64,000 nucleotides of DNA from assembly GCF_003334255.1 (NCBI RefSeq), contig NZ_QOWU01000019.1; one strand, given 5' to 3'. Below the pieces are notes generated by a model that was given only the letters and a program-made list of their open reading frames with translations, was not told the DNA's origin and made no database searches. This document shows, piece by piece, positions 22,247 to 39,966 of the stretch; within the stretch, counting starts at the first letter, position 1; every line of letters begins with the position of its first letter. The translations under genes and the position numbers were made by a program. Source of the stretch: Escherichia coli. GTDB taxonomy: Bacteria; Pseudomonadota; Gammaproteobacteria; Enterobacterales; Enterobacteriaceae.

Positions 22247-22554
22247 GCAGCGCATTCTGTTCCCCTCGAACCAGAGGGGAGCAGGCATTCAGCAATAAAC
22301 CCTTCAGTTTGCCAAACGGCGCTATTTTGTGTTGCAAAGACCCCGTAAGCGTGTATTTTTGTGAGCTGTTTCGCGTTATCACCGTGATATGACACTCACT
22401 TTAAACATAAAATTAACATTAGATCTAAATCTTAGTATTCATCCCGCGTATTGTTACCTAATATCGATGAGTCCCGATACAGATTCGTCGTATCATAGAC
22501 TGACTAAAGGCCGTAGAGCCTGAACAACACAGACAGGTACAGGAAGAAAAAAAC

Positions 22555-23967
22555 ATGGTAGATCAGGTAAAAGTCGTTGCCGATGATCAGGCTCCGGCTG
22601 AACAGTCGCTACGGCGCAATCTCACAAACCGACATATTCAGCTTATTGCCATTGGCGGTGCCATTGGTACGGGGTTGTTTATGGGGTCTGGCAAAACGAT
22701 TAGCCTTGCCGGGCCGTCGATCATTTTCGTTTATATGATCATCGGTTTTATGCTCTTTTTCGTGATGCGGGCAATGGGGGAATTGCTGCTTTCGAATCTG
22801 GAATACAAATCTTTTAGTGACTTCGCTTCCGATTTACTCGGGCCGTGGGCAGGATATTTCACCGGCTGGACTTACTGGTTCTGCTGGGTTGTAACCGGTA
22901 TGGCAGACGTGGTGGCGATCACTGCTTATGCTCAGTTCTGGTTCCCCGATCTCTCCGACTGGGTCGCCTCGCTGGCGGTGATAGTGCTGCTGTTGACGCT
23001 CAACCTTGCCACCGTGAAAATGTTCGGTGAGATGGAGTTCTGGTTTGCGATGATCAAAATCGTCGCCATCGTGTCGCTGATTGTCGTCGGCCTGGTCATG
23101 GTGGCGATGCACTTTCAGTCACCGACCGGTGTGGAAGCGTCATTCGCGCATTTGTGGAATGACGGCGGCTGGTTCCCGAAAGGTTTAAGTGGCTTCTTTG
23201 CCGGATTCCAGATAGCGGTTTTCGCTTTCGTGGGGATTGAGCTGGTAGGTACAACAGCTGCGGAAACCAAAGATCCGGAGAAATCACTGCCACGCGCGAT
23301 TAACTCCATTCCGATCCGTATCATTATGTTCTACGTCTTCGCGCTGATTGTGATTATGTCCGTGACGCCGTGGAGTTCGGTAGTCCCGGAGAAAAGCCCG
23401 TTTGTTGAACTGTTCGTGTTGGTAGGGCTGCCTGCTGCCGCAAGCGTGATCAACTTTGTGGTGCTGACCTCTGCGGCGTCTTCCGCTAACAGCGGCGTCT
23501 TCTCTACCAGCCGTATGCTGTTTGGTCTGGCGCAGGAAGGTGTGGCACCGAAAGCGTTCGCTAAACTTTCTAAGCGCGCAGTACCAGCGAAAGGGCTGAC
23601 CTTCTCCTGCATCTGCCTGCTCGGTGGCGTGGTGATGCTGTATGTGAATCCTAGCGTGATTGGCGCGTTCACGATGATTACAACCGTTTCCGCGATTCTG
23701 TTTATGTTCGTCTGGACGATTATCCTTTGCTCGTACCTGGTTTACCGCAAACAGCGTCCTCATCTGCATGAGAAGTCGATCTACAAGATGCCGCTCGGCA
23801 AGCTGATGTGCTGGGTATGTATGGCGTTCTTTGTGTTCGTGGTCGTGTTGCTGACACTGGAAGATGACACTCGCCAGGCGCTGTTGGTCACCCCGCTGTG
23901 GTTTATCGCACTGGGGCTGGGCTGGTTGTTTATTGGTAAGAAGCGGGCTGCTGAACTGCGGAAATAA
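22555..23967 (+). CDS. cycA: D-serine/D-alanine/glycine:proton symporter (APC family)
   Basis: 470 aa; amino-acid permease signature. Confidence 0.9.
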   Translation: MVDQVKVVADDQAPAEQSLRRNLTNRHIQLIAIGGAIGTGLFMGSGKTISLAGPSIIFVYMIIGFMLFFVMRAMGELLLSNLEYKSFSDFASDLLGPWAGYFTGWTYWFCWVVTGMADVVAITAYAQFWFPDLSDWVASLAVIVLLLTLNLATVKMFGEMEFWFAMIKIVAIVSLIVVGLVMVAMHFQSPTGVEASFAHLWNDGGWFPKGLSGFFAGFQIAVFAFVGIELVGTTAAETKDPEKSLPRAINSIPIRIIMFYVFALIVIMSVTPWSSVVPEKSPFVELFVLVGLPAAASVINFVVLTSAASSANSGVFSTSRMLFGLAQEGVAPKAFAKLSKRAVPAKGLTFSCICLLGGVVMLYVNPSVIGAFTMITTVSAILFMFVWTIILCSYLVYRKQRPHLHEKSIYKMPLGKLMCWVCMAFFVFVVVLLTLEDDTRQALLVTPLWFIALGLGWLFIGKKRAAELRK

Positions 23968-24011
23968 CCGCATTATCATGCTGGATGGCGCAATGCCATC
24001 CAGCTTTTAGA

Positions 24012-24674
24012 TTACTCACCCGCCAGCGCGCGTGGGAACAGTACATTGTTTTCCAGACTGATGTGATCCATCAGGTCATCAATCAGTTCATTAATGCCGT
24101 TATACATCGCTTTCCAGGTGGTGCAGGCTTCTGGCGGCGGTGTGACGTTATTGGTAGTGTGTTTGATCACTTCCAGCAGTTCGCCCGCTTCATCGTGCTC
24201 GCTTTCCATTACGCTGATTGGCCCCATTGCCTGGCTGCCCATGCCTTGTTTGATCATCGGGAAGAGGATCTGCTCTTCTTTCATCATGTGGCTGGAAAGC
24301 TCTTCATGCAGCATGGTCAGGTATTTTGTCAGCCCTTTTGGCACGCTCGGTTTGTCGGCGTGAACGCGCTCGACTTTAGTCGCTTGCAGGATCAGCTCCG
24401 GCAGTTGCTCGCGGTGACGATCGTGGTAGCGCACGATGATATGGTCGATGATTTCTGCCAGCGGGGCGCTACGCCAGTCTTTCTCAATCGGTTGTTCAGC
24501 AAGCTTTGCCAGCTCAGCTTCAATGACCTCAACATCCAGTTCTTTACGTGCCGCCGCACGCGCCAGCGTTTGCTTACCGCCGCAGCAGTAATCCATATCA
24601 TATTTACGAAACAGAGCCGAAGCGCGAGGGATAGAGAGCGCCAGTTCACCTAAAGGTTGGTCGCGATAAGCCAT
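24012..24674 (-). CDS. ytfE: Iron-sulfur cluster repair di-iron protein
   Basis: 220 aa; [33 protein letters not shown]. Confidence 0.9.
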   Translation of the reverse strand: MAYRDQPLGELALSIPRASALFRKYDMDYCCGGKQTLARAAARKELDVEVIEAELAKLAEQPIEKDWRSAPLAEIIDHIIVRYHDRHREQLPELILQATKVERVHADKPSVPKGLTKYLTMLHEELSSHMMKEEQILFPMIKQGMGSQAMGPISVMESEHDEAGELLEVIKHTTNNVTPPPEACTTWKAMYNGINELIDDLMDHISLENNVLFPRALAGE

Positions 24675-24781
24675 AGCTGATACCTCATTCTTAATAAGAT
24701 AAGATGTATTTTAAATGCATCTTTAAGGCAAATGCTATAACCCTTACGTAGCAGAGGCTTATTTAACTCACTGCCAGTATG

Positions 24782-25756
24782 TCAACTTTCTGAGACAGAT
24801 TCAGTTAAAGGCTTTTCCGGTTTTGCTCTGACTGCAATGACCACGCCAACCACTAACAGCGCGATACCGCTCAGCGTCATCAGCGGCGGCATTTGCTGGC
24901 GTATCAAAAAGGTGTACAGCAAACCTGCCAGTGTTTCGAAAACGATCAGCGGCCCGAGAATCACTGTCGGTAATCGCTGGCTGGCGACGTTCCAGCAGAG
25001 TGCGCCAACCCATGAGCAAAGCACGGCTATCGCAACCATCAGACTAATAAACACCAGCGGACGGGGGCCAAAAGGTAAGGAGAAGTCCGGCGTTTGTATA
25101 TTCAGCCAGTAACAGGCGACGAGATAGCCGATGAGAGAAACCGGCAGCGTGACCAGCGCCTGCGCCGTCGCCCACATCATCGGATGTTTGTCGGGATTTT
25201 CCCGCAGCCAGCGGGCGTTGCGCAGGGCATACCATGCCCAGCAGACCACGGAAACTAACGCTAGCACGATGCCAGAGGTATAACGTGCCCAGTCAAAATC
25301 GGGGAGTCCGTGGTTTAACTCAGCAATATTCACACACGCCAGGCCGATGCCAATACAAATCAGTGCCGGGGCGAGTTTTCCCCACGCGAGTTTGCCGTCG
25401 CGCTGGCTATAAAGCAGATTGGCAAAGACAGGAATGACCACCGGCAGGGTGCCAATAATCATCGTAGAAACAGGCGCGCCAGTACGTTGAATGGCACTGG
25501 CAAGGCAGAAGTAATAGATGAGGTTGCCCATCATAGTGAGCATCAAGGCGGTAAGCCAGTCGCGACGCGCCAACTGACGCAGACGCACGCGTCCCAGCCA
25601 GGCAATGGGTAGCGCAATTAACCCTAACGCCAGATAACGCCCCATCGACTGCAACATCGCCGGGTATTCCGGCACGATCAACGGCCCGACAAAAATAAGC
25701 CCCCACATCAACCCTGCTAACAGGGCGTACAGCACGCCGCTAATCATTACTGGCAT
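24782..25756 (-). CDS. ytfF: DMT-superfamily inner-membrane transporter YtfF
   Basis: 324 aa, about 10 TM segments. Confidence 0.8.
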   Translation of the reverse strand: MPVMISGVLYALLAGLMWGLIFVGPLIVPEYPAMLQSMGRYLALGLIALPIAWLGRVRLRQLARRDWLTALMLTMMGNLIYYFCLASAIQRTGAPVSTMIIGTLPVVIPVFANLLYSQRDGKLAWGKLAPALICIGIGLACVNIAELNHGLPDFDWARYTSGIVLALVSVVCWAWYALRNARWLRENPDKHPMMWATAQALVTLPVSLIGYLVACYWLNIQTPDFSLPFGPRPLVFISLMVAIAVLCSWVGALCWNVASQRLPTVILGPLIVFETLAGLLYTFLIRQQMPPLMTLSGIALLVVGVVIAVRAKPEKPLTESVSES

Positions 25757-25855
25757 CCATTGGTCTGTCAGAAGAAACGTTCAGGAAGCAGACATGATTG
25801 CTCCCGGCATCCCGTCATTATCAGAGAGGATGCGGGAGGATGCCACTTTAATTAA

Positions 25856-26716
25856 CTATTTATTAACATTAAAAAGATGGCTTACGCTTTCGGCTAACGT
25901 TGTCGTTGGGCGGCCAATCAATTTGCTCAGCGTTTTGCTGTCATCAAACAGACCGCCTTTCGATGCGCCAACGTCAGAATCCGCCAGCATATCCGCCAGT
26001 CCGTCAGGCAGGCCAACGCTTTTCAGCGCCGCAGCGAAATCGGTTTCGCTCAGATTTTGATAGGTAACCTGTTTGCCGCTCTGTTTGGTCAGCTCTGCCG
26101 CTAACTGTGTCAACGTCCAGGCACTATCGCCCGCCAGCTCGTAAACCTTGCCTTCGTGACCGGCTTCGCTAATCACGCATGCCGCAGCTGCCGCATAATC
26201 TGCCCGCGTTGCCGAGGCAATTTTGCCATCGCCCGCGGCACCGATAAATACGCCGTGCTCCAGTGCTGCCGGGGCGCTGGCGAGATAGTTTTCGGTGTAC
26301 CAGCCGTTGCGCAGCAGGGTGTAAACGATGCCAGAATCAGCCAACATTTTCTCCGTCTCGATGTGCTCATCGGCGAGGCCGAGCGGAGATTTATCCGCGT
26401 GAAGCAGACTGGTATAAGCGATAAATTTCACGCCAGCCGTCTTTCCGGCATTAATAACATTACGATGCTGCGGGGCACGTTGACCCACTTCGCTGGAAGA
26501 GATCAGCAGTAGTTTTTCCACTCCCTGAAGTGCAGATGTCAGTGCGGCTTCATCGCCGTAGTCAGCCTGACGCACGGTAATGCCTTGTGCTGTCAGTGCC
26601 TGGGCTTTTGCCGGATTACGAACGATAGCCACTATTTGGCTGGCAGGAACCGTTTTCATCAAGGATTTAATAACATAGTGACCAAGTTGGCCAGTGGCAC
26701 CAGTAATAGCGATCAT
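25856..26716 (-). CDS. qorB: NAD(P)H:quinone oxidoreductase (NmrA-like)
   Basis: 286 aa; MIAITGATGQLGHYVIK Rossmann motif. Confidence 0.85.
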   Translation of the reverse strand: MIAITGATGQLGHYVIKSLMKTVPASQIVAIVRNPAKAQALTAQGITVRQADYGDEAALTSALQGVEKLLLISSSEVGQRAPQHRNVINAGKTAGVKFIAYTSLLHADKSPLGLADEHIETEKMLADSGIVYTLLRNGWYTENYLASAPAALEHGVFIGAAGDGKIASATRADYAAAAACVISEAGHEGKVYELAGDSAWTLTQLAAELTKQSGKQVTYQNLSETDFAAALKSVGLPDGLADMLADSDVGASKGGLFDDSKTLSKLIGRPTTTLAESVSHLFNVNK

Positions 26717-26804
26717 GGGAAGTCTCCATCGTTTTGTCTTGTGTTTAAATACGCTAACACCTAAACTTACTTTTAGTAAGTACGTACAAAAAGGTAAGTA
26801 TGAA

Positions 26805-27185
26805 ATGAGTCAGGTTAGCCTGTCACAACAACTGAAAGAGGGTAATCTCTTTGCGGAACAGTGCCCGTCGCGCGAGGTGTTGAAACACGTCACCAGCCGT
26901 TGGGGGGTGTTGATTCTGGTGGCGCTACGCGAAGGTACTCATCGCTTTAGCGACCTGCGGCGCAAAATCGGTGGGGTGAGTGAAAAGATGCTTGCGCAGT
27001 CGTTACAGGCGTTAGAACAGGATGGTTTTCTTAACCGTATCGCGTATCCGGTGGTGCCGCCGCATGTGGAATATAGCCTCACGCCGCTGGGCGAGCAGGT
27101 GAGCGAAAAGGTTGCTGCACTGGTGGACTGGATTGAGTTGAATTTGCCCGAGGTGTTGGCGGTGCGGGATGAACGTGCGGCATAA
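26805..27185 (+). CDS. ytfH: HxlR-family transcriptional regulator YtfH
   Basis: Start MSQVSLSQQL inside the track ORF 26694-27185; winged-helix region. Confidence 0.8.
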   Translation: MSQVSLSQQLKEGNLFAEQCPSREVLKHVTSRWGVLILVALREGTHRFSDLRRKIGGVSEKMLAQSLQALEQDGFLNRIAYPVVPPHVEYSLTPLGEQVSEKVAALVDWIELNLPEVLAVRDERAA

Positions 27186-27280
27186 CTGCCGGCTGCGCTT
27201 ATCCGGCCTACGGTTCATGACTTGTAGGGCGGATAAGATGCGCCAGCATCGCATCCGACAAAAGTGCCGGATGCGGTTGA
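27186..27280. repeat. REP/BIME palindromic units between ytfH and cpdB
   Basis: gccggctgcgcttatccggcctac and inverted copies gtagggcggataag..., tgccggatgcgg. Confidence 0.6.
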
Positions 27281-27307
27281 TGATTTATAGGCCGAAAAAG
27301 AAGTGTA

Positions 27308-29251
27308 TTACTTACTCAAATCCACCTGATAAATCGCAAACCCGATATCATCGGTCGCGACTTTATTCATCGGATATTGCCCTTTCTCTTTAATAAACGC
27401 CGCGGCTTTATCTGATGGAGAGGTTTCGAAACGGATATCCAGTTTCTTATCGCCAGCTATCGGTGCTAAACGCCAGTTGTTATCTGCCGCCGGGTGAATT
27501 TCCCCCGCACGTTTCGACTCATCAGCAATCCACGCTGCCAGCACCGAGCGGTTCTCATCCGGTGAAGCAAAAGCGATATGGCTGTCGCCCGTACCGGCAA
27601 ATTTGCCGCCGTAAGCGCGATAGTTATTGGTGGCAACCAGGAACATGGCGTTCGGATCAATCGGCTTGCCATTAAAGGTCAGGTTCTTAATCCTTTCCGC
27701 ATTGGCATTAACCATCTGGCACTCGCCGTCATAACGGGCAGGCTGGGTAACATCAATCTGATAATTCACACCATCAATCACATCAAAGTTATAGGTGCGG
27801 AAACCATCCCAGTTGATGAGTGACTGTGGTTTCGTGTTGTCAGGATCAATCTGGTTAAACTGTCCGGCGGAGCACTCCAGCCACTCTTTCACCTCTTTAC
27901 CGCTGGCTTTCACCACAATCAGCGTATTGGGGTAGAGATAAAGATCGGCGGCATTACGGAAGGTCAACTGGCCTTTTTCCACCTCCACATAGCTTGCCGG
28001 ATCATTTTTGCGACCACCAACTTTAAACGGTGCAGCAGCTGAAAGCACCGGCAGTTTTGCCAGATCCGGATCGCCCTGAATGTAATGCTCGACATACGCT
28101 TTTTGCGCGTTGTTCACCACCTGCACGGTCGGATCGTCCTGCACCAGCGCCAGATAGCTATACATATTGTCGGCGGATTTACCGATTGGCTTGCTGACGA
28201 ACTGGCGTGTGGCATCGTGATCGGCTTTGAGTGTTTCTACCAGCTTGCTGTCTTCCGCCGCGAGGGATTTTTTATTGGCGATGTCGTAAATCGGCCGTGC
28301 TTCCGCTTTCGCCTGCGTCACCTGCCATTTACCGCTGTTATTACTGAGTTGTAAGTCGACCACCCCAAGATGATCGCCCCACATGCCCGGCATTACCGCC
28401 GGAACACCATTCAGCGTGCCTTTCGCGATATCAGCCCCTTCGATATCAGCAAAATCTTTACCTGGGAAAACGGCGTGAGCATGGCCAAACATAATGGCGT
28501 TAACGCCAGGAATTTCACTGAGGTAATAAACTGAGTTTTCCGCCATCACTTTATACGGATCGGCAGATAGCCCGGAATGCGCCAGAACGACAACGACATC
28601 GGCACCTTTCTCGCGCATTTCAGGCACGTATTTGCGCACGGTTTCGGTAATATCATTCACCGTCACTTTTCCGGATAAATTAGCTTTATCCCAGCCCATG
28701 ATTTGCGGCGGCACGACGCCAATATAGCCAATCTTCAGCGTCTGTTTTTTTCCGTCTTTATCGACCACTTCGGTATCTTTAATTAAATACGGTGTAAACA
28801 TTGGCTGTTTGGTTCTGGCGTCAATGACGTTGGCATTTACATAAGGGAATTTCGCTCCCGCCAACGCATTTTTCAGGTAATCCAGACCGTAGTTAAATTC
28901 ATGATTGCCGAGTGTACCGACCGTATAATCCAGCGTATTCAGCGCCTTATAAACCGGATGAACATCACCTGCTTTTAATCCTTTCGCCGATATGTAATCG
29001 GCCAGCGGACTCCCCTGAATCAAATCGCCGTTATCGACCAGTACGCTGTTTTTCACTTCATTGCGGGCATCGTTAATCAGGCTTGCCGTACGTACCAGTC
29101 CGAATTTTTCCGTGGCGGTGTCTTTGTAATAATCGAAATCCATCATGTTGCTATGCAGATCAGTGGTTTCCATGATACGTAGATCGACCGTCGCTGCATT
29201 CACACTGGCGGCAATCAGCGTGGCCAGGAGCGTTGCGCTAAACTTAATCAT
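27308..29251 (-). CDS. cpdB: 2',3'-cyclic-nucleotide 2'-phosphodiesterase/3'-nucleotidase (periplasmic)
   Basis: Start [19 protein letters not shown] (signal peptide); metallophosphatase motifs. Confidence 0.9.
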   Translation of the reverse strand: MIKFSATLLATLIAASVNAATVDLRIMETTDLHSNMMDFDYYKDTATEKFGLVRTASLINDARNEVKNSVLVDNGDLIQGSPLADYISAKGLKAGDVHPVYKALNTLDYTVGTLGNHEFNYGLDYLKNALAGAKFPYVNANVIDARTKQPMFTPYLIKDTEVVDKDGKKQTLKIGYIGVVPPQIMGWDKANLSGKVTVNDITETVRKYVPEMREKGADVVVVLAHSGLSADPYKVMAENSVYYLSEIPGVNAIMFGHAHAVFPGKDFADIEGADIAKGTLNGVPAVMPGMWGDHLGVVDLQLSNNSGKWQVTQAKAEARPIYDIANKKSLAAEDSKLVETLKADHDATRQFVSKPIGKSADNMYSYLALVQDDPTVQVVNNAQKAYVEHYIQGDPDLAKLPVLSAAAPFKVGGRKNDPASYVEVEKGQLTFRNAADLYLYPNTLIVVKASGKEVKEWLECSAGQFNQIDPDNTKPQSLINWDGFRTYNFDVIDGVNYQIDVTQPARYDGECQMVNANAERIKNLTFNGKPIDPNAMFLVATNNYRAYGGKFAGTGDSHIAFASPDENRSVLAAWIADESKRAGEIHPAADNNWRLAPIAGDKKLDIRFETSPSDKAAAFIKEKGQYPMNKVATDDIGFAIYQVDLSK

Positions 29252-29440
29252 CAGGGACATCCTTTTATCATCGGGAATACGAAAGAAAAGGGAGAATAAA
29301 CGCCTTACTTATAGAACAGTGAAGAATGCCACAATTTTACGCTTTGAAAATGATGACACTATCACAGTTGGCGCATTCATTAACGATAGGGTATAAGTAA
29401 AACAATAAGTTAACACCGCTCACAGAGACGAGGTGGAGAA

Positions 29441-30181
29441 ATGTTAGATCAAGTATGCCAGCTTGCACGGAATGCAGGCGATGCCATTATGCAGGTCTAC
29501 GACGGGACGAAACCGATGGACGTCGTCAGCAAAGCGGACAATTCTCCGGTAACGGCAGCGGATATTGCCGCTCACACCGTTATCATGGACGGTTTACGTA
29601 CGCTGACACCGGATATTCCGGTCCTTTCTGAAGAAGATCCTCCCGGTTGGGAAGTCCGTCAGCACTGGCAGCGTTACTGGCTGGTAGACCCGCTGGATGG
29701 TACTAAAGAGTTTATTAAACGTAATGGCGAATTCACCGTTAACATTGCGCTCATTGACCATGGCAAACCGATTTTAGGTGTGGTGTATGCGCCGGTAATG
29801 AACATAATGTACAGCGCGGCAGAAGGCAAGGCCTGGAAAGAAGAGTGCGGTGTGCGCAAGCAGATTCAGGTCCGCGATGCGCGCCCGCCGCTGGTGGTTA
29901 TCAGCCGTTCCCATGCAGATGCGGAGCTGAAAGAGTATCTGCAACAGCTTGGCGAACATCAGACCACGTCCATCGGCTCTTCGCTGAAATTCTGCCTGGT
30001 GGCGGAAGGGCAGGCGCAGCTGTACCCGCGCTTCGGACCAACGAATATTTGGGATACCGCCGCTGGTCATGCTGTGGCTGCAGCTGCCGGAGCGCACGTT
30101 CATGACTGGCAGGGTAAACCGCTGGATTACACTCCGCGCGAGTCGTTCCTGAATCCGGGATTCAGAGTGTCTATTTATTAA
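29441..30181 (+). CDS. cysQ: 3'(2'),5'-bisphosphate nucleotidase
   Basis: 246 aa; inositol monophosphatase family ([12 protein letters not shown]). Confidence 0.9.
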   Translation: MLDQVCQLARNAGDAIMQVYDGTKPMDVVSKADNSPVTAADIAAHTVIMDGLRTLTPDIPVLSEEDPPGWEVRQHWQRYWLVDPLDGTKEFIKRNGEFTVNIALIDHGKPILGVVYAPVMNIMYSAAEGKAWKEECGVRKQIQVRDARPPLVVISRSHADAELKEYLQQLGEHQTTSIGSSLKFCLVAEGQAQLYPRFGPTNIWDTAAGHAVAAAAGAHVHDWQGKPLDYTPRESFLNPGFRVSIY

Positions 30182-30728
30182 TTAATTTATGCAGCAGGTC
30201 CATCACTTGCTGCACCTCTTCCTGTGTGAGCGCCCCGTCTTTGGCCCATTGCACGCGACCATCCTTATCCAGCACCACTACAGCGGAACTTTCTTCATCC
30301 AGCTGCCAGGCACCGCGCGCGACGCCATTGCTATCGACAATAAACTGCGACCAGGGATAAAGCTTTTTATTACTCTCCAGACTGCTGCGCACAAACATCC
30401 CTGAACCCGGAATCGCGTCGTCGGTGTTAACAATGGTGGTGGTCTGGTAGCGATCGTGCGGTAACTTCGCTGATTTAATCGCTTCAATCAGCGTCGCGTT
30501 TTTCTCTTTTGCAGAGGTGCGACCAGCAATATGTTGCAGTACTCGCACTTTTCCCACTAACTGTGCGCTGTTCCAGGTTTTGTAGCTAAACTGATCTTTA
30601 TCAAGCACCAACTCGCCTCGATCGGTAATGCCAATCGGCGGCACTCGCTGACCGGTTTCGAACTGATGTGCGGAAGCCATCATCGGCAACAGCAGGCAGG
30701 TGAGTGCCAGAATCTTGCGTAGGGTCAT
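30171..30728 (-). CDS. ytfJ: Periplasmic protein YtfJ
   Basis: 185 aa with signal peptide; conserved position. Confidence 0.8.
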   Translation of the reverse strand: MTLRKILALTCLLLPMMASAHQFETGQRVPPIGITDRGELVLDKDQFSYKTWNSAQLVGKVRVLQHIAGRTSAKEKNATLIEAIKSAKLPHDRYQTTTIVNTDDAIPGSGMFVRSSLESNKKLYPWSQFIVDSNGVARGAWQLDEESSAVVVLDKDGRVQWAKDGALTQEEVQQVMDLLHKLINK

Positions 30729-31052
30729 GGTGTTTCCTTCTTATGATATGCAGGTGATCCGACCACTTGGGTCTGAGTTTTAATCATATGTGCTATTTAT
30801 CGAATTTCCCGCAAGTGTGATGCCAGTTTGCGGTCAAGCGCACAAATCATATGAAAAATGAATGCTTATACTGAAGACCGCGCTTCGGTAAAAAGATAAT
30901 TCTGAATAATTGTAACCTTTAGGTAAAAAAAGTTATACGCGGTGGAAACATTGCCCGGATAGTCTATAGTCACTAAGCATTAAAATTTGCGCCTCATAAT
31001 AGTTGGGCCGATTGTGGCACCGCACAGGCGTAATACTCAGCAGGAGATAACA

Positions 31053-31259
31053 ATGAAAATTTTCCAACGGTACAACCCACTTCAGGTGGCGAAGTACGTA
31101 AAGATCCTGTTCCGTGGACGGTTATACATCAAGGACGTTGGCGCTTTTGAATTTGATAAGGGTAAGATTCTTATCCCAAAAGTGAAGGATAAGCTGCATT
31201 TGTCAGTGATGTCCGAAGTTAACCGTCAGGTTATGCGTCTGCAAACAGAGATGGCTTAA
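31053..31259 (+). CDS. ytfK: Small stress-induced protein YtfK
   Basis: [40 protein letters not shown]... (68 aa). Confidence 0.8.
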
Positions 31260-31320
31260 CCAAAGTGCTATGCAGTAATAAGACGGCTCCTGATTCAGGA
31301 GCCGTTGATGTTTCTGGGGG

Positions 31321-32664
31321 TTACGCGACGCTTTCTTCTTTATCTTTAGCGTCAGGCAGTTTTGGCGAAAGGGCGGTGGCCTTGCTGTCGATCCGGGTCA
31401 CCAGCAGCTGGTCGATGCGGTAGTTATCGATATCCACCACTTCAAATTTGTAGCCGGCGAATTTCACCGAATCGGTGCGTTTCGGGATCTTACGCAGCAT
31501 AAACATCATAAAGCCGCCGATGGTTTCGTAGTTGCCCGACTGCGGGAACTCGTCAATATCCAGCACGCGCATGACGTCGTCAATTGGGGTGCCGCCGTCA
31601 ATCAGCCATGAGTTCTCATCACGGGCGACAATCTGCTCTTCCAGCCCCTGACCGACTAGATCGCCCATCAGCGTGGTCATCACGTCATTGAGGGTGATGA
31701 TCCCCACCACCAGCGCGTACTCGTTCATGATCACCGCGAAGTCTTCACCTGCGGTTTTAAAACTTTCCAACGCCTCTGAAAGGGTTAACGTATCCGGCAC
31801 AATCAGCGTGTTGCGAATTTGTACGCCGCTGTTCAGTGCCAGGCTTTGGTTAGCCAGCACGCGGTTCAGCAGGTCTTTAGAATCGACATAGCCGATGATG
31901 TGGTCAATATCTTCATTACAGACGAGGAACTTAGAGTGCGGATGTTCCGCCACCTTATTCTTCAGGCTTTGCTCATCTTCGTGGAGATCAAACCAAATCA
32001 CGTTTTCACGCGGTGTCATTGACGACGGAACGGTACGGGATTCCAGCTCAAAGACGTTTTCAATCAGCTCGTGTTCCTGTTTACGTAACACGCCCGCCAG
32101 CGCACCGGCTTCCACTACCGCGTAGATGTCATCAGAAGTGATGTCATCTTTACGTACCATTGGCAGTTTGAAAATACGGAAGATTATGTTCGCCAGTCCG
32201 TTGAAGAACCACACCAGCGGGGTGCAAACGTACAGGCAGAAGCGCATCGGGTTGATGATACGCAAAGCGACAGCTTCTGGCGCAATCATACCGATGCGTT
32301 TCGGGGTTAAATCCGCAAACAGGATAAACATGCCAGTCACTAACGAGAAAGAGAGAATAAAGCTCAGTTGCTCAGAGAGCTCTGCCGACATATAGCGGGA
32401 GAACAGGCTGTGAAAAGCTGGAGAAAATGCCGCATCACCGACGATACCGCCGAGAATCGCCACTGCGTTCAGACCGATTTGGACCACGGTAAAGAACATG
32501 CCGGGATTTTCCTGCATATTCAGAACGCGTTGGGCATTTATATTGCCTTCATCAGCCAGCAGTTTAAGTTTGATTTTGCGTGAGGCGGCAAGTGAGATCT
32601 CGGACATCGAGAAGAACGCACTTACAGCGATCAAGCAGAGTATGACTAAAATACTGTTTAACAT
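31321..32664 (-). CDS. ytfL: CNNM/UPF0053-family inner-membrane protein (DUF21-CBS-CorC)
   Basis: 447 aa; N-terminal TM domain then CBS pair. Confidence 0.85.
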   Translation of the reverse strand: MLNSILVILCLIAVSAFFSMSEISLAASRKIKLKLLADEGNINAQRVLNMQENPGMFFTVVQIGLNAVAILGGIVGDAAFSPAFHSLFSRYMSAELSEQLSFILSFSLVTGMFILFADLTPKRIGMIAPEAVALRIINPMRFCLYVCTPLVWFFNGLANIIFRIFKLPMVRKDDITSDDIYAVVEAGALAGVLRKQEHELIENVFELESRTVPSSMTPRENVIWFDLHEDEQSLKNKVAEHPHSKFLVCNEDIDHIIGYVDSKDLLNRVLANQSLALNSGVQIRNTLIVPDTLTLSEALESFKTAGEDFAVIMNEYALVVGIITLNDVMTTLMGDLVGQGLEEQIVARDENSWLIDGGTPIDDVMRVLDIDEFPQSGNYETIGGFMMFMLRKIPKRTDSVKFAGYKFEVVDIDNYRIDQLLVTRIDSKATALSPKLPDAKDKEESVA

Positions 32665-32839
32665 ATCTTATCCGACCTTTCAGGCCAGATCCTCGGAAGG
32701 GGAAGTTGATTAATTTGTGTGAAATACACATTGAAAGCCGATTCGAAGAAAGTGAACCGGCATTTTCAGTGGCTAGTATAGCGTAAGGTACTGTAAAGTC
32801 GCCAGAGGGTTAAAATTCAGACTGCTGATAAATGCAATA

Positions 32840-32942
32840 CTGCCTGATGCGCTATGCCAATCAGGCCTACGCAGTCCTTGCAATATATTGAATTTGGACG
32901 ATTTTGTAGGCCTGGTAAGGCGTTTACGCCGCATCTGGCATA
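32840..32942. repeat. REP/BIME palindromic units between ytfL and msrA
   Basis: tgcctgatgcgctatgccaatcaggcctac and inverted copy gtaggcctggtaaggcgtttacgccgcatctggca. Confidence 0.6.
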
Positions 32943-32986
32943 AATAAAGCGCACTTTATCAACAATCTACATTTGTACCCGTAACG

Positions 32987-33625
32987 CTATGCTTCCGGTG
33001 GCAGACAGACGCCAATTCCGCCAATTCCACAGTAACCATACGGGTTTTTATGCAGATATTGCTGGTGGTCATCTTCGGCATAATAAAACGGTGTGGCGTT
33101 AGCGATTTCCGTGGTGATGTGACGATCATCATCGGCGGCAAGCATCGCCGCCTGAAAACGTTCCAGACTGGCGCGAGCTGCGGCATCCTGTTCTGGGGTC
33201 AGCGGATAAATCGCTGAACGATACTGCGTGCCGTGGTCATTGCCCTGACGCATTCCCTGGGCGGGATCGTGATTCTCCCAAAATACCTGTAGCAACTGCT
33301 CATAGCTGATGACGGAAGGATCGTAAACAATGCGTACCGCTTCGGCATGACCCGTATCACCGGAGCACACTTCCCGATAAGTCGGATTTGGCGTATAGCC
33401 TCCGGTATAGCCTGCGGCGGTGCTGTAAACGCCGGGTAACTGCCAGAACAGACGCTCCACACCCCAGAAACAACCCATCGCAAAAATGGCAATCTCCATT
33501 CCGTCAGGTACATTGGTCATTGAGTGACCGTTGACCGCATGCAGCGTGGCTACGGGCATCGGGGTGTTACGTCCAGGCAGGGCATCGGCGGGGGAAACCA
33601 GATGCTTTTTATCAAATAAACTCAT
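32987..33625 (-). CDS. msrA: Peptide methionine sulfoxide reductase A
   Basis: Start [19 protein letters not shown]; GCFWG active-site motif. Confidence 0.9.
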
Positions 33626-33788
33626 GGTGTCGCTCTCCCGAAAATCGGTCATTGGGGTTAAGGTTGTAACAAGAGGCGTATTTGCACACAATAACCACCG
33701 TGAATAGGTCTAAAGTAAAACATAAGAAATATTTGGGGTTTAGTCTGCTTTTTAATCCATATTACTGGATTTTTGTTAAGCCGTTTAA

Positions 33789-39340
<5,552 letters not shown>

Positions 39341-39342
39341 CA

Positions 39343-39684
39343 ATGCGAATATTTGTCTACGGCAGTTTACGCCACAAACAAGGCAACAGTCACTGGATGA
39401 CCAATGCCCAGTTACTGGGCGATTTCAGTATCGATAACTACCAGTTGTATAGCCTGGGCCACTATCCAGGCGCAGTTCCGGGGAACGGAACAGTACACGG
39501 TGAAGTTTATCGTATTGACAACGCCACGCTGGCCGAACTTGATGCCTTGCGCACCAGGGGCGGTGAATACGCGCGCCAGTTGATTCAGACGCCGTACGGG
39601 AGTGCATGGATGTACGTTTATCAACGACCCGTCGATGGATTAAAGCTAATTGAAAGCGGCGACTGGTTAGACAGGGATAAGTAA
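39343..39684 (+). CDS. ytfP: Gamma-glutamylcyclotransferase-family protein YtfP
   Basis: 113 aa; MRIFVYGSLRHKQGNSHWM. Confidence 0.8.
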   Translation: MRIFVYGSLRHKQGNSHWMTNAQLLGDFSIDNYQLYSLGHYPGAVPGNGTVHGEVYRIDNATLAELDALRTRGGEYARQLIQTPYGSAWMYVYQRPVDGLKLIESGDWLDRDK

Positions 39685-39841
39685 TAATAAAAGCACGCCA
39701 CCTTCGGGTGGCGCGAAAACTGATGTAATGCAATGAAAAATAAAGGATTATTTTTCGAGTTGTCCACATATTGCCATGGCGTTCTAAATTTTTTTGGTGA
39801 GACTATCTCTGCTTGTTGTTTTCACCGCCAGGTTGTTAAAC

Positions 39842-39881
39842 AAAAAAAGCCCACAGTTTTTACGCTGCGGGCTTTGTTTTT
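39842..39881. terminator. Bidirectional rho-independent terminator (ytfP on plus; Hok-like transcript on minus)
   Basis: aaaaaaa-gcccacag-tttttacg-ctgcgggc-tttgttttt: hairpin flanked by A-run and T-run. Confidence 0.65.
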
Positions 39882-39966
39882 CTTTGTGACTTGCGTGTGA
39901 GGGTGCGACTTTCGACCGAACCTTCGGCAACCGGATAGCGGGGGCTTTCACCCCCGCTGCGGTTTC

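Noticed and set aside
39733-39897. 54-codon plus-strand ORF (MKNKGLFFELSTYCHGV...) after ytfP
   Set aside because: No convincing ribosome-binding site, runs through the bidirectional terminator hairpin, and has odd composition; the region is better explained as terminator and Hok-like 3' UTR.
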